Assembly (NCBI GenBank): GCA_965153355.1
Contig: OZ231126.1
Coordinates: forward strand, 7,254,001-7,318,000
Direction of reading: 5' to 3'
From: Flaccisagitta enflata
Taxonomy: Eukaryota
DNA length: 64,000 nt
A program made the translations under genes and the position numbers. Numbering within the stretch: the stretch's first letter is position 1; every line of letters begins with the position of its first letter. Positions 15,423 through 29,726 of the stretch are shown here, piece by piece. The notes under the pieces were generated by a model, which saw nothing but the letters and a program-made list of their open reading frames with translations, did not search any database and was not told the origin of the DNA.

Positions 15423-15589
15423 GGGGAAGAAGAAGAAGAAAAAGAGGGAAGAAAAAGGGGAAGAAGAAGAAGAAGAGGGAAGAAGAAGAGGGAAGAAAAA
15501 GGGGAAGAAGAAGAAGAAGAGGGAAGAAGAAGAGGGAAGAAAAAGGGGAAGAAGAAGAATATATATTTGTTTAGTGCTTGTATGCAATG

Positions 15590-16440
15590 TTTACAAAAAC
15601 AATTATCTCTAATGCTCTCAAAATCAAGATTTTCAATGATTTGTTTTTTGCGGCGCCATAAAATGGCCACAAACACAGTTCCCTGGGGCCCCCAGACCCC
15701 CTTCAATATATTTTACTACCTGTTGTATACTTAAATTGTGCTTGTTTACAATTTTTTACCAATGAAATAAGCTTTAATGCTCTAAAAATCAAGATTTTCA
15801 ATGATTTTAGTTGCTGGGCCATGAAATCGCCCTACAATAGTCCCCTGGGGCCCCCCTGGGGTCCCCCTGGGGACCCCCTTACCCCCCAAATGTATTTTTT
15901 TTAGTTTAATGTTTGTCTGGTCCCTGTCCACCATTCTTACCAAAGAACTAAGCTTGAATGCTCTAAAAATCCAGATTTTCAATGATTTTAGTCATGAATT
16001 TAGCCATGAAATCACCCCAAAATAGCCCCCTGGGGACCCCCTGACCCCCCAAATGTATTTTTTTTTCTTAGTTTCATGTTTGTCTGGTCCCTATCCACCA
16101 TTCTGACCAAAGAAATAAGCTTGAATCCTCAAAAAATCAAGATTTTTAATGATTTTTGTTGCCAAACCATGAAATCGCCCTAAAATTGCCCCCTGGGATC
16201 CCCCTGGGGACCCCCTGACCCCCCAAATGTATTTTTATTTTTTAGTTTCATGTTTGTCTGGTCCCTGTCCACCATTCTGACCAAAGAAATAAGCTTGAAT
16301 GCTCTAAAAATCTAGATTTTCAATGATTTTAGTCGCTGGGCCATGATTTCACCCCAAAATAGCCCCCTGGGGACCCCCTGACCCCCCAAATGTATTTTTT
16401 TTTTCTAGTTTCATGTTTGTCTGGTCCCTGTCCACCATTT
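15590..16440. repeat. ~180-bp satellite, about 5 diverged copies
   Basis: aataagcttgaatgctctaaaaatc..gattttcaatgatttt...ccccctggggaccccctgacccccc...gtctggtccctgtccaccatt repeated. Confidence 0.85.
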
Positions 16441-17085
16441 TGAGCAATAATAACCAACTTTTGGGATAGTTGGAATTGTAAGCAGTCTTTACATTGGAGC
16501 GGCACAGAGTGGGATGGAGCAGGGGGGGGGGCGGATGGGTGGACGGACAGACAGTCAGATTCCCCCTGTGTTCTACAGGACTTCGTCCCCTTCAGGGCCG
16601 CTGCCTTGGAGAGACACAAGGACACAAGGCATCCTTCTTTTCATAAAAGACGAAAGAATCACTTGATTATTTCAAAATATAAAAAAAACGAGAGACCCAT
16701 TTTATCCCGCTGATCTACTTTACCCAACTCTACCCTTTAAACTAGTCTCTTATAAAAAAAAGTGCACTTGCTCCAAGTCATACCAACCTGCCATCTGACC
16801 AACGGACACAGCCACCTATAAAAGCCAGGCCGGGCACAAGGCTACCCAAGTCACGTGTCAGTGAACTGAGGCAGTCAAAGGGACCAGTGAAAAAGGCTAA
16901 ACAAGCATTTAATCAGGAGCAGTGATGCCGAAACGCCGAGGTCAAGGAAGCTGATTGTGACAGAACGACGGATCGAGCCACTGACAAAGCGGGTTGTAAA
17001 GTCGCATTCACGCGACTAAAAATAGAAACGCCAGGGTTAGATACTTGGAAACAACTCGGGCAGCCTCCGCCCGCCGCGCCACGAC

Positions 17086-17994
<909 letters not shown>

Positions 17995-18620
17995 GCCACG
18001 ACGGCATTCAAGATCGGAACTGAAGCTGCCCGAGTCATTCAGACCCGCCAAATATGCCTAAGAGAGTTTATGCTTAACTTTTATTTAAATATAAATAAAA
18101 AGTTTAGTTTCATCTCACATAAGCGCTCATGTGTTAAGGAGTCTTTATAATGATTCAATTACACCAGGGTAATGAAAAGAATACTTTCATTTCTTTGAAA
18201 CTACTCTCTCGTCACATGGTTTATTTTTTCTCTCTTAGAATACAGAAATACAGAAACATTTTAAGAGAAAAAAAAAAAACTAATCGTAACTTGATAACTC
18301 GTAGAATTAATAATGGTATTATAAGTATAAGCAAAGTTTCTGCTTCTATGTCAAACTTTATCGTCTGTTTGTTAAGGCTGCTATATGCAAATTAACACAG
18401 GAGCAGTGTTGCCAAAACGCTGAAGAAGCCGACTCTGACAAAAAATGTTTAGTCCAAGGAATTTTAGTATGCGTGCGAGTCTCTAACTTAGAGACTCGCA
18501 CGCACGGACGCACGCACGCACGCAGGAAGGAGATTGGAGGATGATGAGTACGGACCCGATGTACCATGCCACGCAGGAACGAGATTTGAGGATAAGTACG
18601 GATCTGATTTAGCACCTGAC

Positions 18621-19636
18621 CAGGAGTGTATATTCTTGAGTCGCTTTTGATTTCTCCCCGCCTTTGATTTTCTTCCCCGCGTCGCGTTTTTATATCCATG
18701 ATTTTCTCCCCCATATAGTAATAAAACTATGTGGTTAAGGTATAAAAAACGTTAAATTGTGTTTTACTAATTGAGTTTTATGATTTGGTACTGTAAAAAG
18801 TTATATTTTCCCCAAATTCCTTTTTTTCTCTTTTTGGGCAGCGGCCCCGAAGGGGCCGATGACCTATGCTTTCACACAGGAGAAATTTCTTCTCCGTACC
18901 CCCCCCCCCGCCTCAAGGCTAAAATCCCGGCCTCGAAGCACAAATCCTAGCCTCAAGGCTCAAATCCCAGCCTCGAGGCTCAAATCCCTGCCTCAAGGCT
19001 CAAATCCCAGCCTAGAGGATCAAATCCTAGCCTCAAGGCTCAAATCCCTGCCTCAAAGCTCAAATCCCAGCCTCAAAGCTCAAATCCCAGCCTCAAAGCT
19101 CAAATCCCAGCCTCAAAGCTCAAATCCCAGCTTCAAAGCTCAAATCCCAGGCTCGAATCTCAAATCCCAGCCTTGAAGCTCAAATGGAAGCCTTGAAGCT
19201 CAAATCCCAGCCTTGAAGCTCTAATCCCAGCCTCAAGGCTCAAATCCCAGCCTACAGGCTCCAATCCTAGTCTCAAGGCCCAAATCCTAGTCTTGAGGCC
19301 CAAATCCTAGTCTCGTGGCTCAAATCTCAGCCTCAAAGCTCAAATCCCAGCCATGAAGCTCAAATCTCTGCCTGGAAGCTCAAATCCCAGCCTTGAGGCT
19401 TAAAACCAAGCCTCCAGGCTCAAATCACAGCCTTGGGACTCAAATAAAACCAGCATAGGTCATCGGCCCCTTCGGGGCCGCTGCCCCACTAACCACCTCA
19501 CACCCACATACACTCACATAGGGGCAACGGGTACCGCTGACCATCTAACGCTTTTGCGACTATTTCCCCCTTTGATTTCCTTCCCCATCTCCAGACCCTT
19601 TGATTTTTCCCCCCAACTCAAGAATATACAGGCCTG
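18621..19636. mobile_element. Non-autonomous hAT element with 8-bp TSD CACCTGAC; related copy at about 49253-50790
   Basis: CAGGAGTGTATATTCTTGAG...CTCAAGAATATACAGGCCTG; TSD at 18613-18620 and 19637-19644; contains a Helentron-like copy. Confidence 0.85.
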
Positions 19637-22600
19637 CACCTGACAGATTGGATGTTTATTGAGCCTTGCTTCGCAAGACCCCACTAATATAAAAGAGAAT
19701 AAGCGTAAGAAACTTATCGTAAATTGATTAGAATTAGATTAAAGGTGTTATAAGCGTAGTAACTAGTTAGATCTCTTCGAAACTACTCTTTCATTACAGA
19801 ATTTTTTTTTTTTTTCTCTCTTGAATTATAACAAACGCCCTGATACATGTTTTGACGGGGAACCTCCTATTAGTCCTAAGATACTTGGTACTAAGACCCA
19901 TTAGTCCTAGGGTCTACTAGTCCTAAGATTAATTAGTCCTAAGGTTTTTAATCCTAAGGTTTACTAGTCCTAAAGCACTTGACATAGGAGGGTCAGATAG
20001 TCCTAAGTTTGGGGTCTATAAGTCCTAAAAGCAACTAGGATATAGGGTCTATTAGTTCTAAGGTCTACTAGTCCTAAACAAATGAGTGGGTCCTCTAGTC
20101 CTAAGAGGAGGGTTTAATAGTCCTAAAAAAAAACACTGAGATCAAATATCTAGTTGAATGACTGACATGGTAAGTCCTAAAAGAAAGGCCTACTAGTCCT
20201 AATAACCAAATCTTCAATTTACAGTCAATAGACAGAACATTATAGATGTATTTATCATAACATTAACTATGATTTTATTTCTTGAAAAAGAATAAGATAA
20301 TGTATAAAAAAAACCTGGGATTGAAATTACTGTAATTTCAAAGTGTTAAAGCTAGCTGTAATGTAAGCACAACTGGTTGTTTGTTATAGCCTGCATTAAC
20401 ATTTTGATTTATCAGTTTACAGCCAAATGTGATTTCAACCATTAATCATTGCATATTATAATTTGTTGATTTTCAAGAAGTTAGATCTGATGTAATAGTA
20501 TGATATGCATACTTAATGTTTTGTCCATTGATTGTTTAGGAGTAGTAAACCCCACAGACCACCAAATAAGCCCTTAACGACACTTTATCCCGCTCAAGCC
20601 ACCTTCATAGACCACCAAATCCCACCCTGATGGGAAATAAGCCCCTAACGACACTTTATCCCGCTCAAGCCACCTACACAGACCACCAAATCCTCCTAAG
20701 TGTTCATGTGCCTCCTACCCCTCCCACCTCCAATTTCAGTTTGTTTTTTTTTTGTTCATTGCCATAAAAGAATTCAATTTCCTCTCTTCATGGCAAAAAG
20801 AATGACAAAATCATAATCAAAAGAATTACATGGGTTGTCAAAAAAAAAATATTTGCTAAAGTTACAATAGTGGAAAAGCTTAGTTTTGTTTTCCATAGTA
20901 ATGCAGGCAGAGCTGGTATCCTTTTTTTTTGAAAACAGTTCAAACTGCCTTATGCAAGTTTCTTTGCATAGGACTAGAAATACTAAACAAGTGATGCGGG
21001 GTCACAATATTGTGGGGGATGGGTGGGTAGGGGCAGCCAGCCACCATCCAAACTCAAGGACAACCTTAGAAATGCTTGATAACCTAAGCAAAACATTAAA
21101 ACTACCTTAGTACCTACTTACTTCAGGACAACTTAGCCAATGCAAAAACCATTGGAACATTTTTAGAAAAACTATAGGAATGATATAGGGCAAGTTGCAC
21201 GGCAACAGAACTACTCTTGGACAACTTGAGGATAACTTTAAGACAATTCTTGGACAAATCTAGGACAACCCAAGAACGAAAAAGGCTACCTCTAGGACAA
21301 CTAAAAAAAACTTAAGGACAATTCTGACAACTTTAGGACAACTCCTTGGATATTCCTAAGACAACTAGGACAACTCTAGGATAACAAAAACAACTCTAGT
21401 ACAACTCTGAGAGAGTTATAGAACAACTTTTGGACAACTTTTGGACAACTTTAGGACACTTTTAAAACAACTTGAGGACAACTCTAGGTCATTTCTAGGA
21501 CATTTCTAGGACAAAACAAGGACAATATAAGGACTCCTCATTGGCAACTTTAAGACAAGTCTAAAACAAGTACTGTAGGATAACTTGATTAACCCAAGGA
21601 AATTCCAGGAAAACCCAAAGCTAATTTCCATATGAGTGATCCTTCCATATCTAAGGCTGAAAAGGATGCGAATTTTCTCCCTAATCACTATTAGCTTTGA
21701 AAAGGCGCGCTCTAATTGCATTTATGCTCACCCAATGACATCAGTTTATGCTTGGCAAAAAATACTTGATGAAAGAGAGGAAATAACAAATATCTCTTAG
21801 GCTAATTTGTATGATTGGGTAAAAAGAAATCAAGCTCGTTCTCAGCTTAGACTCAAAAGCGCAATTGCGCGCATTAGATCTAGCTCCGCATTCCGACTAC
21901 GGAGGATTAGGAGCTACCGCCAATGCGCAAAACGCGCAACTCTAGAAAACCGGTGAACTTTTGTGAATCTCTATATTTTCTATGTATTTTACATAATGTT
22001 TTTATCATTATTTATATACTAAACACAATTTCGAAATGATTTTTTTTGCAGATATGAACCAAACAGTGTTAGTAGAAGTGGAAAACAGCACTATTGTAGT
22101 AGGTTTTAAATAGTCGTGTCCATTACTTATTTCCCATCACGGCGCTCTGTGAACCCTGAAACAAGGTGCACTAGTCTTAAATATTTGAGTTGCCCTTTCT
22201 GAATTACGATTTACAAACCCATAACTGCGGTCTACTAGTCCTGAAAATGAGATTGACTTACAAGTATAAAATCTTTAATTTAGGACTAGTAAACCCTTTA
22301 ACCGGGTCTACTAGTCCTAAATACTTGATTTGCCTTTTACTTATTTAGGACTAGTAAACCCTGTGACAGGGTCTACTAGTCCTAAATATTTAATTTTTCC
22401 CTTTCTTATTTAGGACTAGTAAACCCTGTGACAGGGTCTACTAGACCTAAATTTTTTATCTGCCCTTTCTTGAGTAGGACTAACAAACCCTTAGCCATGG
22501 TCTATTAATCCTAATAATAAGGTAGATATATAAATACAATATCTTTAATTTTCAGTCAATGAATAAAACACTATAGGTGTATCTATCTAATTAATTCATA

Positions 22601-23384
22601 CAATATTTCATTCATTTTCAAGAAGTTGGACCAAAGATAATGGCATGATATATACACCTATAATGTTTTGTCCATTGACTTTTTAGGACTAGTAAACCCT
22701 GTTACAGGGTCTACTAGTCCTAAATGCTTGATTTGTCCTTTTTTGATTAGGACTAACAAACCCTTAGCCAAGGTCTATTAGTCCTAATAATGAGATCAAC
22801 TCTCAAGCAGATAATCTTTAATTTAGGACTAGTAAACCCTGTGACAGGGTCTACTAGTCCTAAATACTTGATTTGCCTTTTACTTATTTAGGACTAGTAA
22901 ACCCTACGACAGGGTCTACTAGTCCTAAATATAAACAGTTGCATTTGCTTTAGGACTACTAGACCCTTTTTAAAAAGGGACAAGCTTGCCCTAGGATCAC
23001 TCAACCACGTGGGTGTATATCAGCTATCAGTTAGGACTAGTAGACCTCCTCCTTTAGGACTAGTCGACCCTAGGACTACACGGTAGGCATATCCACGAAT
23101 TAGAATGGAAAATATGTCGTCTTACATGGTTTACGTTGCTTAAACCGAATTCATAGGGCAACCACGTACAGTGATAAATGCGAGAACGGTGAACTTTGTT
23201 CTTTTTTTTTTTCTTTCTATCATATTTTTTTTTTAATTGCCGCTCTCGCAACGAAGTGCTTAACTCCAACAAAACTCGTGCTGAACATGTTTCCAAAGGA
23301 TGCGATTTCAAGTACGTGAGAATATACAAATCCAATAAACATTAAACTTATCTCATACCGAGTAATCAACGAACATCGAAAGAG

Positions 23385-23712
23385 AGAGAGCGAGAGCAAA
23401 AGCTAAAGCGAAAGCGAGAGCAAATGCGGGAGCAAAAGCGAGAGCAAAAGTGAGAGCGAACGCGAGAGCGAAAGCGAGAGGGAATGCAAGAGCGAAGGCG
23501 AAAGCAAGAGCGAAAGCGAGAGCAAATGCGAGAGCAAAAGCGAGAGCAAAAGCGAGAGCAAAAGCAAGAGCAAAAGCGAGAGCAAAAGCGAGACCAAACG
23601 CGAGAGCGAAAGCGAGAGGGAAGGCGAGAGCGAAGGCGAAAGCAAGAGCGAAAGCAAGAGCAAAAGCGAGAGTGAAAGTAAAAGGAAGAGCGAAAGCGAA
23701 AGCGAAAGCGAG
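23385..23712. repeat. 12-bp (6+6) purine-rich minisatellite (GCGAGAGCAAAA)n
   Basis: Read directly; source of the ARAK/FALA ORFs. Confidence 0.9.
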
Positions 23713-24163
23713 CTTTACCACGTAACTTCCCTTTTTTTATCAATATCAATCACAAAAGAATCAAATTTATTAAACAATTTACAGAACATTTGTCCAAGTT
23801 TCGTTAAATAACATCCCGTCTGCAAGTGCGACACATGCGGTAGTGATTTCAAGCAACACTCGGGTCTACAGGACCACCTGGCGTCTTTGAAGCGGAATGG
23901 AATATGCCCTAATGCAGAGGTATATTTTTTCAATTTTAGCTACAGCGGCTTTAAGACAAAAATCTACCATACATTGATCGATTCAGTGGAATATTATACA
24001 CAGCGACTCAAGAAATGGACCCCCCTTCCCCCCCCCCCCAAAAAAAAACCTTGTGACGGTCTGACGGACCGACGGACCGATTGACCTACCCTATCAGGCG
24101 AAGTCTACTGTTGAGAAAAACAAACGCGTATTTCACAGCTACTGTTTTTGTGTGAGTGCATTT

Positions 24164-24275
<112 letters not shown>

Positions 24276-24544
24276 CCGTGTGTACCAGTGTGTGTGAACC
24301 TGTGTGTACCTGTGTTTGGGGAGGGGGAGTTATGCCCCTGCCCTTCCGTCCACCATGGTATGATAACTCAGGGTTACTTGGTTTCACATGCGCTTCCACG
24401 CCATTTTCGATGTTAAGGACTAACTGGTGGATGGAGCAATGGACACTAACGAACAAAGCTACAATTCAAATTCCATGACCGCAACTCAAAAATATTACCA
24501 AGACTATTACCAGTCACAGTTATGATTGTGTGAGTGAGATCAAA

Positions 24545-24665
<121 letters not shown>

Positions 24666-25269
24666 GTGTGCGTGTGTGTGTGTGCGTGCGTTTACGTTTT
24701 TGCTTGTGTGTGTGTGCATGAATCTTTCTGAAGCACTCATTGCTCCCATCATACTGTAGCAAGCGACAAAAAAATCGAGTTCTTTGAACGGTCAGAGGGG
24801 ATATTTGGTTTGGGTGCTTCACATAGCAAAAGTTGGTTATTTTTTTTACCCTCTTTACCAAATATAGATTTGTTTATTTTATAACTCTTACAATTTTTTA
24901 TATAAAAAATAGTTTATCTTCCATTTTTTTAAGAATTAATCTTAAAAGTCTAATTTGCATGTTATAGTGGGATAACAATAGACTGATATTGTTTTGATTA
25001 ACTTTTATAAATTTCTGCTCTTTTTAGAATTGTTAATCTGCCTTTTCACAAGCTGTTTTGTAGTTTATGCTCTTCATATTTTAGCTTATTTTTACAAAGA
25101 TCATGATTTTTTTAAAACAAATAATTGTTTGTTTTTTATCGGAACTGTACAGGATTTTGCTGAATTCCGGGAAATCTGTGGAAACTTTAAGGCCAAAACA
25201 AGAACGGAAGATAAAGGAATTTTGAAAAAAAAATAGTTATCTTCATGATGTTTTCTCTTCCACATTACC

Positions 25270-25980
25270 CAAGCAAAGGAGGGATACACCCAACTTTTGC
25301 AATGTGAAGCACCCAAATGTTTGGTGTAGATGTGAGGCTTTCATGACAAGTGATAATCACGATAAACATTTTTAGTCGCGTGCACGCGACTACAACTCGC
25401 TTTGCCCGTCTGTCTGTCTGTAGGTCCTTCGGTCTGTTTGTCCCACTAAGCTTTTTTTTACCACCCTAAGTAGGGATACTCCCAACATTTGCAATGTGAA
25501 GCACCCAAATGTTTGGTCTAGATGTGAGGCTTTCATGACAAGTGATAATTACGATTAATATTTTTAGTTGCGTGCACGAGACTCTACAACCCGCTCTGCC
25601 CGTCTGTTGGTTGTTTGGTCTGTCAGTCCCACCTAGCTTTTTGTGCCGCCCTAAGTAAAGTAGGGATACTCCCAACTTTTGCAATGTGAAGCACCTAAAT
25701 GTTTGGTCTAGATGTGAGGCTTTCATGACAAGTGATAATTACGATTAACATTTTTAGTCGCGTGCACGAGACTCTACAACCCGCTCTGCCCATCTGTCAG
25801 TTGTTCGGTCTGTCAGTCCCACTTAGCTTTTTGTGCCGCCCTAAATAAAGTAGGGATACTCCCAACTTTTGCAATGTGAAGCACCCAAATGTTTGGTCTA
25901 GATGTGAGGCTTTCATGTCAGGTGATAATTACGATTAACATTTTCAGTCGTGTGCACGCGACTCTACAACCCGCTCTGCC
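25270..25980. repeat. ~184-bp tandem repeat x4, each unit containing a HINE 5' end
   Basis: agggatactcccaacttttgcaatgtgaagcacccaaatgtttggtctagatgtgaggctttcatgac...tagtcgcgtgcacg repeated. Confidence 0.85.
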
Positions 25981-27888
25981 CGTCTGTCTGTCTGTCTGTC
26001 TGTCGGTCGTTCGATCTGTCGGTCCCACTTAGCTTTTTTCGCCGCCCCTGCACAGCCGCACACGACTGTGGTAACCGTGTACCCGGCCTTGTTTTAGTTG
26101 CGGACACTCAATCTTATAAGAGGCTTGGCCCGTCCGTTTGTTGTTCCGTCTGTTGGGGGTTGGTCCGTTGTTACGTCACGCTCGAGTCAGAAACGCTCGA
26201 GTCGGAAACGCAAAAAACGCGTGATGAAGTTGGTTCTGTGTGTCCGCGAGTGTATAGAAGGGGGGGGGGATGAGACTGGAGGTTGGATGCCCCCGCTCAC
26301 CCGACCCTGCATCCCTTGCTCATCTTGCAAATGTTCATTCTCTTATCCCCAGATCCAACGAAATTATGGAGAATTTATCGATTGGACCTCAAGACTCATA
26401 TGGATTGCAAGAAAGAATGTGTTTACGTTGTTCCCTCACTTTGTATTGCTTCAAATGAATTGATATCATTATCATGATGTTATTAGAATTTAAGTTTAGA
26501 ATGAAGAAAGTGAGAGAGGGTTCAACTGACAGGCCTGAAATTAGTATTTCTTCTGAGCCTGCACGCCGGGCACGCCCCCCAAAATTCTGAGCAGGCCCGA
26601 CAGGAAAAGAGCGAGCCCGAATAGGGTTGTTTTACCGTACTTCTATGAAATGAGGTCGTAACGCTCTTATATCAGCATTTCAGCCAATATCGCATCATCC
26701 AAAATTTCGTGTTACCAACCTTCCTACGGCCTACAGCCTCTTAAAGAGTTGCATAGCCAGTTTGAATGAGATAACAAGGCCAAGTTATGGCCACTAAGTG
26801 CGCCTCGCTTAATTAAGAATTTGTGAATGAATGAATGTATGAATGAATGAATGAATATATGAATTAATGTATAAATGAATGAATAACAGAACAAAAATGA
26901 ATGTGGTATGGCATGAGATGAAAGGAATAAAGAAAGACGTCAGAATCAGCCATTTGCATATTTCAAACGTATGCGTGACCGACCAACGAACCGACCAACC
27001 GGCTGACCAACAGACATGACCTCTTATAAATGAAAGTGCGTGGACGCACTTAGAAAATGTTTCTGTTATCTATTCTAGCTTCATGGGTGGTGCGCTGTCA
27101 CATAGGAAGCACTGCAATAGTTACACTATACACAATGTAACGCCGTGCTCTACAACTAGATGTTGCGTTGTGTTACCATGGCAACATGAAAACAAACATA
27201 AGCGGGAGAAAAGAATCACTGGCTAAGTCGACTTCGGTCGGAAAAACGTAAATTTGATCCCATTTCGTGAAAAACATATGAATATGCCTGCCGTGCCCTA
27301 GGACTACTGGACCTTAGTACTGAAAAACCTTTACTTTAGGACTATCAGACCCTCCTTATCTATTCCCTTTAGGACTAGTCAACCTTGTTATTAGGACTAG
27401 TAAACCCTAGTACTAGTAGACTCTAGGACTACTAGACCTTAGGACAGTTAGACCCTAGGACTGTAAAACCCTAGGACTAAGTATCTTAGGCCTACTAGAC
27501 CGTATCGTCAAAACATCGTATATTCTAATGATCGTAGAATGGAAAATCGTAGAGAAAAAGTAAGCAACAATTTTTCTACGTCTTAAGCCCGTTCTCGTCT
27601 TTTTTTAGGCTACTTTATGCAAATAAGGATGAAAACAGTAAGACGAGGAAAATCGAACTGATTTAGCTTGCCATGCATTGGGTTTATAGATGAGATGATA
27701 AATCATGATATCAGTAACTATCGAGACGTTCGTGATCTTTTAACAGAAAAAGCTACACGAGGAACAACTACCGCCGGGTTACAAGATCGTCGCGGACGGG
27801 TGGGCAGGAGCTGACAAAATCAGGCGGATATAAAGGAGTAGAGATGCATATTTCTCCTATTTCTATGTGTTTGTGCGTGTTTGTGTAA

Positions 27889-27973
<85 letters not shown>

Positions 27974-28633
27974 AGTGTGTTCGCGCGCGTTTGTGTGTGT
28001 TTGTGTGTACGTGTCTGTGTGTGTGTATGTGTCTGTGTGTGTGTGTTGGTGTGCATGTGGATGTCCCGGGGGATGTTAAAGGGGTTGTATTTTCAATTAT
28101 GAACGTTTATTATCAATTATCAATTCAATGTTGTTTATGAATGAATGAATGAATGAATGAATGATTTAATCAAAGTATGAGTGAGAGAGTATATTGGAAC
28201 AGCCTTTTTGATGAAAGAACCTCGAATTACGCGATTTGAACGTTTGCGTGACGCACCGACCAACCGACCAACAGACAGACACGGCGTAGTGATGCGAGGA
28301 CGCATCTGAAATGAAGATAAAATTACAAGTTAAAAAAACAGTGTGACATGACAGGGAGTGGGTATCATTCTCAAAATGAATCATTCAGTCTCAGAGAACA
28401 ACGAGACATGCAGAGTGAACGGCGTTCTTCCAGCAATGTTGAGCCGATGATGCGTCTTAGGGGCTGGGCCATGTGCAATGGAGCTGGGGCTGGTTGGGTT
28501 TCTGTGCCAAATTACAATCAAATAGTGCCAACAGCAAAATCTGCAGTAGACATCTACTCCTGTTTTTCTTCCTTTTTTATTTTTTAATTACGGACACGCA
28601 ACTCTTTAAGAGGTTTTGTCCGTCCGTTGGTGT

Positions 28634-28675
<42 letters not shown>

Positions 28676-28975
28676 TCTCGCGAACTTGCGTTGGCTTTCG
28701 CGCGCATTCCGCTTTTTAGGACATCATGAACAATCTGGTCTCGTTGGCTATTCACGAGAGGTCAAAATTGAAGTTCTTTTTTGGCCAAATTTGACTTTTT
28801 CTGGTGATTGCCTATGTTACCACGAGTGATTTAGTGAAAAAATCAATGCGAATTTGTATTCCAAAAAAATTTTTGAATGATTTTGTAAAAAAACAGAAAT
28901 TTCCCTTTTTCCCTCTTTTTCTGTCAGATTTTCTTTCTTTCTTTCTTTATTTCTTTCTTTCTTTTTTTCATTCTT

Positions 28976-29058
<83 letters not shown>

Positions 29059-29531
29059 ATCTTTCTTTCTTTCTATCTTTTTCTATTTTTTTTTTCATTC
29101 TTTCATTCTTTCTTTCTTTCTTTGTCTCGTTGTTTCTTTCTTTCTTTGTTTCTTTCTTTCTCTCTCTTTTTAGTTGCAGATACGCAGATACGCTTTGTCT
29201 GTCCATCCGTCGACCATCCGTTGGTCCGTCCGTCAGTCCATCCGTCGGTCCGTAATGATCGAGTCGAAAAGTGGGAAAACGCGCATTTCCGCCCCTGCCC
29301 ACCCGTCAGCAACTGGTGGCCGTGTATCCAGCCTTTTTCTTTCTTTTTCTTTTTTTTTCTCTTTCATTCTTTTTCTTTCTGTCTTTCTTTCGTTCTTTCT
29401 TTCTCTTCACTTTTCCTCTTTATTCTCTGCTTCTAGCTTTCTGTTTTATTATTTCTTTCTTTTTCTTTCTTTCTCTCTTTCTTTCTTTCTCTCTTTTATT
29501 CTTTCTTTCTCTCTCTCTCTCTTTCTTTCTT

Positions 29532-29569
<38 letters not shown>

Positions 29570-29653
29570 TTCATCTTTCTTTCTTTCTTTTCATCTTTCT
29601 TTCTTTCTCTTTCTCTCTTTCTTTCTTTTCATCTCTCTTTCTTTCTCTTTCTC

Positions 29654-29726
<73 letters not shown>

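Noticed and set aside
22279-22935. CRISPR-like repeat-spacer array
   Set aside because: The linkers are homologous to each other, there are no cas genes and the context is a eukaryotic transposon
23353-23749. ARAK/FALA repeat proteins
   Set aside because: Translations of a 12-bp minisatellite that is open in several frames
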